Assembly: GCF_001194135.2 (NCBI RefSeq)
Contig: NC_068993.1
Span: 61,397,896-61,461,895, forward strand
DNA: 64,000 nt
Reading direction: 5' to 3'
Origin: Octopus bimaculoides
Lineage: Eukaryota
Shown here: piece after piece, positions 28,884 through 39,875 of the stretch
Position numbering within the stretch: position 1 is the stretch's first letter
Layout of the letters: every line of letters begins with the position of its first letter
Program-made: the position numbers and the translations under genes
The notes under the pieces: model-generated
Told to the model about the DNA's origin: nothing
What the model saw: only the letters and a program-made list of their open reading frames with translations
Database searches by the model: none

Positions 28884-30054
28884 AGAAGTACAAGTAAAAT
28901 ATGTTCATAATGTAGCAGAGTGTTCCTTCGAAGAACCTTGTGGATCTGTATCTAAATGCACAGTGACCACCCACTGCAGAAGATGCAAATAGCCTCAATG
29001 GCGAAACAAGTGTAGAGAACAAGCAGTATAAACTGAATCTTGTGTGTGTGTGCGTGTGTGTGTCTGTCTGTCTCTCCCATGCACACGCACACACACACAA
29101 ATAGGAATAAAAAGGGGATCCATAGGTGGAAAATGGTTCAGAAACATTGATCTCGTTGCCCGAATCAAGATACCTGAGTTATACTGGGCTTCTGTTTGGT
29201 TCAAGGTGTACCCAAGAGTTGCTCTCTGAATTGAGCACTACTTCATCTTTCTCTCATGGGTAATTATTAAAGTACTTACCCTCCTCCCCTGAAAAGAACA
29301 AAACAAACGAGTCAACGAGGAAGTCTGCTATGTGGTCAGTTGATTAGCTAGAAATGGCAACCAAATCTCCTTCAAATGACACCTGGCCATCGTAACAAAA
29401 AAAAAAAAAATGAAACGGCACCTAGATTACTATAATTTCTGATATGCAAACAAATGAGATGGTCATGGTTGAAATGTCTTTGATAATGGACTTGCACGAT
29501 TACTGTTGACTTAAAACTTAAACAACAACAACAACAATGAACAAACAAAGACTGTTGCACTTTATCTGCAATTTGAGAGGTGGGGAATCACCTGTCTCCT
29601 GGTTTGTTACACATCATGCATACAGACAGACAGATGCACCTACTCAGACATACAAGCAGGGCAATCGTACACACACACACACACACGCGCACGTGCACAC
29701 ATACCCACACACATACTTCGTGTTCATTGAAGTTATTACACCCACCCCCCCACTTCTACTAACCTTCATAGCATGAACCACAACTACGACTATGGCTGTT
29801 GTCATCATCATCATCATCATCGTTATCATCATCACTATCTCCTCTCACCACCACCTCTGTTGTTGCTAGTACTATAAACCATCAAGGAGGCTGCTGCCAC
29901 CACAACCATCAACACCATCATCATCATTACTGCTGCTGCTGCATCAGAGATACCTACCATTTGGTTGTCAGTCACTGATTGCAACAACAAAGCCCTATTG
30001 TGTTACGATTTTATTCTTAAGCTGTCTGTAATGAAAATAGAAAATTGGCTGACT

Positions 30055-30570
30055 GGGTGGTGATGGTCATGGTGGGGGTGGTGCCAGTGATGGTGGTAGT
30101 AATAGTGGTACTGTAGTGGTCTTTGCAACAGTAGTGATGGTGTGGTGGGTTTGATGGTGGCGATCTTGGTGGTGTTGGCGACGGTGGTGGTGGTGGTAGT
30201 AAGAGTGGTAGTTTTAGTGGTGGTGGTGGTGGTGGTGGTGGTAGTAAGAGTAGTGGTGTTGGTTGTGTTAGCGTAATGTTATGGTTGGTGGTGGTGGTCA
30301 TGGTGAGGTCAATAGTGGTGGTGGTGGTCAGGATGGGATGGGTGATGGCATTAAAGTGGTGGTGGTGGTATTGGTGGTAGTAGTGGTTGTAGTATGACGT
30401 TGGTGATTGTGGTGGTGGTTGTTGTGCTGGTTTGGTGGTAGTAGTGTTGGTTGTGGTCACAGTAGTGGTATTTATGGTGGGGTGGTATCGGTGATTGTTG
30501 TGGTACTGCTGGTGTGGTAGTGGTGAAGAGTCGGTCGTAGTGAGGTGATAGTTGTAGTGGCATGGCGAGT
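30055..30570. repeat. GGT/AGT trinucleotide low-complexity tract
   Basis: Degenerate (GGT)n/(TAG)n, the source of the spurious Thr/Pro-rich ORFs. Similar tracts at 95-285, 9320-9530, 32980-33150, 33280-33580 and 44290-44840. Confidence 0.9.
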
Positions 30571-30714
30571 GGGTTTCTCTCTGTAAATAAGGTATATGTA
30601 TGTAAATATCTGGGTGTGTATGCATATGCACACACAAACATAAAAATTTACACTAGCTCACAGTTATACACTCACACACACACACACACACAGAAATGTG
30701 TGTGTATGCAGAAA

Positions 30715-30749
<35 letters not shown>

Positions 30750-30862
30750 ATAAATATACACATGTACCGAAATGTGTGTGCATGTATATATATATAACAT
30801 GCACAGAAATGTGTGTGTATATATGTATTAGATATATGCATATACACGTATAAATATGTGTA

Positions 30863-30900
<38 letters not shown>

Positions 30901-33548
30901 AAGACCCTTGTTCTTGGATTAAAGAGAATGCCTTTTTTTAAAATTTCTTTTTACAATAGTTGAGATATTTTGTTACTTGGTATGAAAAACTTAATGTTGC
31001 ACAGATGTTGTTGAAAACCTTATTTAAGCTTTTCCTTCAAACTCTTTCTACTACGTCTTACCNNNNNNNNNNNNNNNNNNNNNNNNNNNNNNNNNNNNNN
31101 NNNNNNNNNNNNNNNNNNNNNNNNNNNNNNNNNNNNNNNNNNNNNNNNNNNNNNNNNNNNNNNNNNNNNNNNNNNNNNNNNNNNNNNNNNNNNNNNNNNN
31201 NNNNNNNNNNNNNNNNNNNNNNNNNNNNNNNNNNNNNNNNNNNNNNNNNNNNNNNNNNNNNNNNNNNNNNNNNNNNNNNNNNNNNNNNNNNNNNNNNNNN
31301 NNNNNNNNNNNNNNNNNNNNNNNNNNNNNNNNNNNNNNNNNNNNNNNNNNNNNNNNNNNNNNNNNNNNNNNNNNNNNNNNNNNNNNNNNNNNNNNNNNNN
31401 NNNNNNNNNNNNNNNNNNNNNNNNNNNNNNNNNNNNNNNNNNNNNNNNNNNNNNNNNNNNNNNNNNNNNNNNNNNNNNNNNNNNNNNNNNNNNNNNNNNN
31501 NNNNNNNNNNNNNNNNNNNNNNNNNNNNNNNNNNNNNNNNNNNNNNNNNNNNNNNNNNNNNNNNNNNNNNNNNNNNNNNNNNNNNNNNNNNNNNNNNATG
31601 CAATATATATATATATATATATATGCAATATATATATATATATATGTATATATTTCCTTTATATAGTTAAATAAGATTTGGGAAAAAAAAAAAAAAAAAA
31701 ATCTTGTAGAATGCTATACAAAGCTCATCCACATGTATTGGCTACCTCATGTCATCATGCAGTGGACATACTCCTGTTATACCTCAGGAATTCCATACTA
31801 CCCGTAGAGTTTATAGAAATAGATAAATAGTAGAGAATGGAATTAATGACATTTCTGTATTTCTTTCTGATGATATTTCCATGTCTTTTACAAGGCATTT
31901 CTTTTGACTGGCCCCTCCCCCAAAATTTCAGGCCTTGTGCCTATACTAGAAAGAATTATTATTGTTGTTAATTCCGCCGAGGCCGACTTTGTGTTTCATC
32001 CTTTTGGGATTGATAAAGTACCAGTTGCGTACTGGGGTCAATGTAATTGACTTATCCCCTCCCACTAGATTGCTGGCCTTGTGCCAAAATTTGAAACCGT
32101 TGTTGTTGTTGCTGTCAATATTGTTCAGTTAAAAGCAGCAGGCTGGCAGAATTGTTTGCACACCAGGTGAAATGCATAGAGGTATTTCGTCTGTCTTTAT
32201 GTTCTGAGTTCAAATTCTGTCAAGGTCGACCTTGCCTTTCATCCTTTCAAGGTCAATAAAGTACCAGTAAAACAATGAGGTCAATGTAATCGACTAGCCC
32301 CTTCCCCCAAATTTCATCTCTTGTGTCTTTAGTAAAAAGGATTTCTGGAGCGGACGATGCAGTGTGTTCTTGAGCAAAACACTTCATTTCACTTTTTGCT
32401 CCAGTTCACTCAGCTGGCAAAAGTGAGTAATCCTGTGATGGACTGGCGTCCCATCCAGGTGGAGAATATATACGCCATTGAAACCGGGAAACTGGCCCTT
32501 ATGAGCCTGGCACGGCTCGAAAAGGAAATATATATTTTTTTTAATTTCCTGAGCTTATATATCCACTGTGTCCTTTTCTTTTATGGGGAAGATTTGGTTA
32601 CTATTTCTAGTTGATGGATTGCCTACTATATCTGCGTATGTGTGTGTATGTCTCTCTGAAGCAGCATAAATACTTGTGTGTGCAAATGTGTTATGCGTTT
32701 GCTTATGTTTGTATCTGCGCATATTGTGTTTGTTGTTTATGTTGTGTGTGTGTTTGGTGAGGGGGAAGAAAGAGAGAGAGAGAGAACAGGGGGTAGGTCT
32801 GTTTACTCTTTGTCTCCACCCTACTACTGCTTGTCTATCAGTTACCATCACCTACCCCCAATCACTATATTTCTCCCACTTCTGCCACCCACAGACCAGC
32901 CTTCATTCCCTGCTGTTCCACTGTTTATACAATTGGCTTCAAGGGAATCCCTTCTCTCTCTCTTTTTCCTTGCAGAGCGGTGGCAGCAATGGTGGTGGTG
33001 GTGGTGGTGGTAGTATTGGTGGTGGTGGTGGTGTTGGTTGTGTAGTAGAGATGGTTTAGTAAGAGTAGAGGCGGTGTTGGTGGTGGTTAGGATGGTGCAG
33101 CAAGTGTTGGTGGTAGCGTAGATGGCGTTGGTAGTTTTTGTGTTGGAAGGGGAAGAAGAAGAAAGGTGATNNNNNNNNNNNNNNNNNNNNNNNNNNNNNN
33201 NNNNNNNNNNNNNNNNNNNNNNNNNNNNNNNNNNNNNNNNNNNNNNNNNNNGGGGGGGGGGGGTGATAGAGAATGACACCCCTGTGGTGATGGTGTCCAG
33301 CAGATAGGAGAGGACGGCAATAATGTTGGGTGATGGTCATGGTGACAGTTGTGGTACTAGTGTTGGTCAGCAATAATTGTAGTGATGACGGGTGGATGAT
33401 GAGATCTTGGGGCAGTCAGGATTGTGGAACTGATCTTAATGAGATGTGATGTGAGTAGTAGTAGTAGTAGCAGCAGCAGTAGTAATAGTAATAGCAGCAG
33501 CAGTAGTAGTGATAGCAACACCAGTTGTCATAGTAGTAATAATAATAA

Positions 33549-33581
<33 letters not shown>

Positions 33582-34261
33582 ATGGATAACATATTGATGA
33601 CCAGGGGTCTGAAGCACTACTCTATCTGTACACACATATCTACACAGTCATTCATTCAAACTCCTTCCTTTGACTCTGTTTATCTCTAATCCTACCCCCT
33701 CCCACACACACACACACCTTGTCTTTTACATGGTACTTGATCTGATAATCTGATATGCAGGCACCATGTGGTTGTCTGCCATGGGAATAAGGTGAGACTG
33801 GAGGTCTGGTTGTCACGGCTCTGTTGCAGGTATATATATATATATATATATATCTTAGTCTCCATGATCTCCACCCCTATCTAAGTCTCTATGAAAGGCA
33901 TTAAAAATCAACAAGAGAGCCTCTATAGCAGGCATGGTAACCCTTTCTTTTGAAAAGTGGGCCCTGCATGAGACATGATTTGTCATCAGGTAGGGTGCAC
34001 TACTAACAAAATTTAAAGTAACTTTTCTTGAGGCAGTCAGAATGTCCCCCTGGGTCATATGCTGCCCATGACTGCTTTGTAGTTTTATTTCTGTTTGCTA
34101 GAAATAGCAACCGAATCTCTCTTAAGTTACACCATACTGTCTTGAAAAAAGACAGATATGTATACAATAATGAAGCATTGGATAACGTAGTCACAGAGAT
34201 CTTGTCTTGCCTGGAAATACAGTGTTATTATTATTATTATTATAATTCACTCCATAATTGC

Positions 34262-34505
34262 TCCCGACGGGTATATGGCGTAGTGGTTAAGAGCACGGGC
34301 TACCAACCACAAGATTCCAAGTTCGATTCCAGGCAGTGACCTGAATAATAATAATATTGAAAAATATCTTAGGAATGAGAACCCAGGTTCGAAATTTCCC
34401 CAAGACACCTGATGAAGGCTGGAGGGTATATCAGCCAAAACATTGTGTTAACAACAAACAAGATGAGGACAAATATCCGTCAGATGTAAATAATGTACAT
34501 AATTC
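34262..34505 (+). mobile_element. Family D SINE with hammerhead inactivated by two G>A changes
   Basis: A-box TGGCGTAGTGG at 34276-34286 and B-box GTTCGATTC at 34321-34329. The hammerhead at 34404-34449 reads CAGCC-AAAAC-ATT instead of CAGCC-GAAAC-GTT. Confidence 0.88.
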
Positions 34506-34559
34506 CTCATCTCTTAAATATAGAACTGTATTAAGACATTGTCCCTGTCTTTCTAAATC

Positions 34560-34765
34560 CTTTCTACTATAGGCACAAGGCCTGAAATTTTGGGGGGAGG
34601 GGACGAGTTAATTACATTGACCCCAGTGTTTCACTGGTCCTTATTCTATCAACCCTGAAAGGATGAAAAGCAAAGTCGACCTCGGCAGAATTTGAACTCA
34701 GAACCTAGTGACAGGCAAACTACCACTAAGCATTTCGTCCAGCGAGCTAACGATTCTACCAGCTT
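34560..34765 (-). mobile_element. SINE family A copy abutting the family D copy
   Basis: Reverse complement of the family A consensus, including B-box GAGTTCAAATTC. Confidence 0.78.
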
Positions 34766-35429
34766 GCTGCCATCCCTGTCTTTCTAAATCCTGCTGCAGT
34801 ATTCCACATGGAACTTTTGGTCCTCCAAAGTCAGTGTTGAGGTATGAGTCTGACCTACCTTTCTCCCCCCCNNNNNNNNNNNNNNNNNNNNNNNNNNNNN
34901 NNNNNNNNNNNNNNNNNNNNNNNNNNNNNNNNNNNNNNNNNNNNNNNNNNNNNNNNNNNNNNNNNNNNNNNNNNNNNNNNNNNNNNNNNNNNNNNNNNNN
35001 NNNNNNNNNNNNNNNNNNNNNNNNNNNNNNNNNNNNNNNNNNNNNNNNNNNNNNNNNNNNNNNNNNNNNNNNNNNNNNNNNNNNNNNNNNNNNNNNNNNN
35101 NNNNNNNNNNNNNNNNNNNNNNNNNNNNNNNNNNNNNNNNNNNNNNNNNNNNNNNNNNNNNNNNNNNNNNNNNNNNNNNNNNNNNNNNNNNNNNNNNNNN
35201 NNNNNNNNNNNNNNNNNNNNNNNNNNNNNNNNNNNNNNNNNNNNNNNNNNNNNNNNNNNNNNNNNNNNNNNNNNNNNNNNNNNNNNNNNNNNNNNNNNNN
35301 NNNNNNNNNNNNNNNNNNNNNNNNNNNNNNNNNNNNNNNNNNNNNNNNNNNNNNNNNNNNNNNNNNNNNNNNNNNNNNNNNNNNNNNNNNNNNNNNNNNN
35401 NNNNNNNNNNNNNNNNNNNNNNNNNNNNN

Positions 35430-35486
<57 letters not shown>

Positions 35487-35529
35487 ATTATGCACAGCTA
35501 TACACGCATACACATATACTCTTATCATG

Positions 35530-35950
35530 TACATTTCCTCCTCTTCTTCTCCTTCCTCTTCCTCCCCTTCTCTACTTTCCTTTCTCCATCTTGCTCCTCT
35601 TCCCCTCCTTTACCTCTTCCTCTCTCCTTTTCCTCTTCTTTTTTCTTTTCCTCCCTATTCTTCTCCCTATTCTTCTCCTCCTTCCTCCTTATTTCTCCTC
35701 TTCGTCTTCCTCCATATTCCTCCTCTTCGTCTTCCTCCATATTCCTTCCTATTCCTCTTCCTCCCTATTCATCTTCCTCTTCCTCCCACTTCCTCTCCTT
35801 CCTCTTCCTCCTCCTCTTCCTCTTCTCGTTCCTCCTCTTCTTCTTCCTATCTTTCCTCTTCTTCTTCCTATCTTTCCTCTTCTTCTTCCTATCTTTCCTC
35901 CTCTTCTTCCTCTCTTTCCTCCTCATCCTCCTCCTCCCCCTCCTCCCACC
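35530..35950. repeat. Polypyrimidine (CTT/CCT) low-complexity tract
   Basis: Almost purely C/T, with ttcttcttcctatctttcctc repeated three times. Confidence 0.9.
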
Positions 35951-37167
35951 ACTACTATTACAACATTCTATTTGACCTTTGCAAGCATGGAAAAACTGGA
36001 CATTAAACTAACACAGTGATCATACACAAACACACATATTGGGGTTTGTTTAGTTGACTTATGCTCTCCCTCAAAATTGTCCTTGTGCCAGAATCTAAAA
36101 CCCATCTCAATAGCAGTGGTTGGTTGATGGTTGGGTAACGCAGACACAATGCATATGGAATTTGAATTCTTGTGAGAATTGACACAATTCTCCTTGAACA
36201 AATGACAATTTTAGCCATAAATTCTAACACATCAGCTGACATATAGCTGCTCATTCTTCATTGGTTTATTTTAAGGATTAGAGCCTACAGCATATGGCCC
36301 AAACCTGTAGTACGGTAGGGATTTGTTTAAAGAAAGATTTGGATATCGTACCAGAGTGAATAGAATTATATCTTACCATTCTTTGTATATGTTCTTGGAG
36401 CAGCTGTTTCTAAGCTCATTACCCTTTCTTGTGCCTTCTCTTTCTATTTTTTTCATCAGGGATTCTTTGTCAGTTGTTTCTTCTGCTATTTTTAGTAAAA
36501 GTTTTCTTAAAACAACTACAAACTTCTGTTCCATCATTCATTAGACATCTAATTTTTCTTTCTCTCTGTTAGTTTAAGGTTGTGGGATTGTGTGTGTGTG
36601 TGTGTGTGTGTGTGGTGGGGGTTGTCAAATCATATAAACTTGTTTCGGTTTTTTTTGGGTTTTTTTAAATACTCTTTTACCTCGCCAACTCAATTATAAC
36701 TTCATGGTTTAGGCTAAATCTTCTCTCAATCTCTTTTTCTTCCCTGATTTGTTCATTTATTTTCTAAAAGTATTGTTTGTGGCATAATTTCAACCCCCTT
36801 CCACTACAANNNNNNNNNNNNNNNNNNNNNNNNNNNNNNNNNNNNNNNNNNNNNNNNNNNNNNNNNNNNNNNNNNNNNNNNNNNNNNNNNNNNNNNNNNN
36901 NNNNNNNNNNNNNNNNNNNNNNNNNNNNNNNNNNNNNNNNNNNNNNNNNNNNNNNNNNNNNNNNNNNNNNNNNNNNNNNNNNNNNNNNNNNNNNNNNNNN
37001 NNNNNNNNNNNNNNNNNNNNNNNNNNNNNNNNNNNNNNNNNNNNNNNNNNNNNNNNNNNNNNNNNNNNNNNNNNNNNNNNGAGAGAGAGAGTGGATTGAT
37101 TGAGAGAGAGAGTGGATTGATTGAGAGAGAGAGAGAGAAAGAGTGGATTGAGACAGAGAGGGAGTGG

Positions 37168-37206
<39 letters not shown>

Positions 37207-37514
37207 GAGTTCAGTTGTGGTCTAAGGTTACTTGAAACAGTCGATACCTTTCATTTGCAAATGTATTCATGTTCGGGTTTTTTGTTTTTCTAAGTCCTGG
37301 AAGGTACTAACTTTTGTTATGCAAATAATTTGAGTAGTAGAATGAATTTTATTCCAGAAGGAAGAAGAAATTTACTGTTTCAAGCAGAATCCTTTGTGCC
37401 AAGAATCGCAAATCCTGGGACCCAGCCTGGCAACGTTTCTGTTATTTTGTGTCCTTAATATCTAAATATTGTGCAGTGTGACAGCGCTGAGCAATGATGT
37501 GTATGAATCCAAAC

Positions 37515-37690
37515 TTGTTAGCAGTTTTTGGCTGATACACCCTCCAGCCTTCATCAGGTGTCTTGGGGAAGTTTCGAACCTGGGTTCACATTCCTGAGGT
37601 ATTTTTTGATGTTATTATTATTATTCAGGTCAGTGCCTAGAATCGAACTCGGAATCTTGGGGTAAGTAGCCCGTGCTCTTAACCACTATG
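37515..37690 (-). mobile_element. Family D SINE, inverted copy with degenerate hammerhead and truncated tail
   Basis: Reverse complement reads catagtggttaagagcacgggctac...gagttcgattc...gacacctgatgaaggctggagggtgtatcagcc. The GAAAC-GTT segment is damaged. Confidence 0.85.
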
Positions 37691-37701
37691 CGCTCTTAAC
37701 C

Positions 37702-37940
37702 ACGGATGTATGGCATAGTGGTTAAGAGCACAGGCTACTAACCCCAAGATTCCAAGTTTGATTCCAGGCAGTGACCTCAATAATAATTATAACATTGAAG
37801 AATACCTTACGAATGAGAACCCACGTTCGAAATTTTCCCAAGACACCTGATGAAGGCTGGAGGTATATCAGCCGAAACGTTGTGTTAACAACAAACAAGA
37901 TGAGGACAAATATCTGTCAAATGTAAATAATGTAAATAAT
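37702..37940 (+). mobile_element. tRNA-derived SINE with hammerhead motif (family D), core-intact copy
   Basis: A-box TGGCATAGTGG, B-box-like GTTTGATTCC, (AAT)n linker, hammerhead motif and a TGTAAATAA-repeat tail. Collinear with the 34262 copy. Confidence 0.85.
37842..37886 (+). ncRNA. Minimal type I hammerhead ribozyme motif (Penelope-type) inside a SINE
   Basis: GACAC-CTGATGA-A-GGCTG-gaggtatat-CAGCC-GAAAC-GTT-GTGTT. Stem I is GACAC/GTGTT, stem II is GGCTG/CAGCC, and stem III is a loop-less palindrome (AACGTT). Predicted cleavage is after GUU at 37881. There is one extra A between the core and stem II. Confidence 0.75.
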
Positions 37941-39295
37941 TTATATTTGAACCTGTAAGAAAATCGGTCGCAGTATTCTGTGTTGGAGAAAAGTTCTTGC
38001 TGTAGACAAACAAGTGTCCTGTGTTTTATTTATGGCAAGCCACTGAATAGAACAACCAATTATTGAATGATGATGGGAATCTCATAAGAGGGCCCTGTCT
38101 TTCAGGTCAGTTCACAGCATCTACTTTTCCGGTCACTGTGGCTGAAGAGGAGATAACCCACTCCAAAATGCATGCATCCAACTGTCTGGTTAGGGGGCGC
38201 TGCAAACTGACTTGATGTATTTTCACCTATTTTGTTTGCAATGAGAAATTTTCTCCATAGCAGAATATAGCGAATGAATGACTTTCTTTTGGGTTCAAAT
38301 ATGCCTCAAGGATGTAGACTGGAATATGTGTGAGTGATTTCATATCCGAAAAGGCACATTGTCTGTTCACTTGATGCCCCCTACACATATTCCTTTTAGC
38401 AAATGCTTGAATTTGTAGGACTGTCCACTTTACTGTCAAAATCCCACCAGTTTTTTTTTTTAAATGCAATGTTTGTGGGGTGGGGTGGGAATTGGTGGGG
38501 TGGAGTGGTCGTTTTAGCTATTCAGGTTTGGGCTTCAATTGGAGCACTGATACCCCAACCAATAAATAGATAAAACAACAAACTAGGAATAAAAGTAAAA
38601 AAAGGTTTGTTTGTTTTTTTTACCAAAAAAAGAAAAAATAAAGAATGTCAAAAATGTTAAATTAATGGTAGTTTGGTGCTAGACTAAGAGGTGAATCATT
38701 GAATAATTTTTTTTTTTCAAAATCAGCCAGTAAAGTTACTGGTTCAAACAGAAAAAAAGCTGAGTACAACTTAAAAAGAAAATAAAAAAGAAAGGAAGAA
38801 AGAAAAAAAGCATTAACGGCAACAACAACAAAATGATTCATTTACAAAGCAGGTGTTGGTTCTAGTTTCTGAGAGTTTTCTTGATAAATGCCAAGAGTTA
38901 GAGACCTAAGGTAGCTTCAGGTAACTCTTAGATCTAAATGGCAATTAGTCTGCCAAAATTGGAAGATTTGTGTGCTTGTATGTTTGTGTGTATACTTGTG
39001 TGCGTCTGTTTGCGTATGTGTGTGAAAAAAAACCATTTTTGTTTTCCTTTTCCTTTTTTTTTTTGTTGTTGGTGATTCTGGCTGTAGCAGGAGATTGGAC
39101 TCGGTAAACTTCATTGAATTATGTGAGTTTAGACCTGATGACTATAAATCATAATTTGCAGGATGGCCAGAAATTGAAATCACAACCTTTTGGTTGCCAT
39201 GATCGATGTGAGGTTACTGACTGAACATCGCCTACCTTCCTCTCGTCCTTTCTTTTCCCTCTCCATCTGTTATACACAATACTATACATAGTGTT

Positions 39296-39368
<73 letters not shown>

Positions 39369-39535
39369 ACGAACTGTCTGTCTATTTGCATAACTGTTAG
39401 CCTTTTACAAGGTGGATGCCCCCAGTGTAGCCTTGGCTATGATAGCAAAACAAAGAACTCGGCTATTGCTGAAATTCTATCTCCGAAGATATCTGGAACC
39501 AAAGATGTTTGTTGAGTTTGATTCTCTCTGGAACT

Positions 39536-39875
39536 GGTGAAGGTGCATAGTTCAGTGGTTAGGGTATTTGGTTCATGAATGTAAGGTCAGGAGTTCGATA
39601 TCCGGCAGTGCATTATGTCCTTCAGCAAAACACTTTATTTCATGATGTCCAGTCCAATCAGCTTGCAAAAATGAGTGGTCCCTGTATTTCAAAGGGCCAG
39701 CCTTGAAATAACAGGGACTACTCAATCTGTGTTGTGCTGAATCTCCCTAAGAACTTCGTTAAGGGCATGTGTGTCTCTAGAGTGCTCAACCACTTGCATG
39801 TTAATTTAATGAGCAGGCTGTTCCATTGATTGGATCAACTGGAACCCTCATTGTTGTAACCCACATAATGCCAGT
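39536..39875 (+). mobile_element. tRNA-derived SINE family F
   Basis: Head tagttcagtggttaggg...gagttcgat, then tgtccttcagcaaaacactttatttca and the ...ttggatcaactggaaccctc tail. Collinear with 43385-43690. Confidence 0.7.

Noticed and set aside
28500-29230. Short ORFs in unique sequence between CA repeats
   Set aside because: No consistent frame, splice pair or recognisable domain.
30017-30637. 206-aa Thr/Pro/His-rich minus-strand ORF
   Set aside because: Translation of a degenerate (ACC)n tract, with no splice or homology support.
34262-34335. tRNA gene call for SINE heads (families A, B, D, F)
   Set aside because: A and B boxes are present but acceptor stems are incomplete, and the heads run into repeated SINE bodies.
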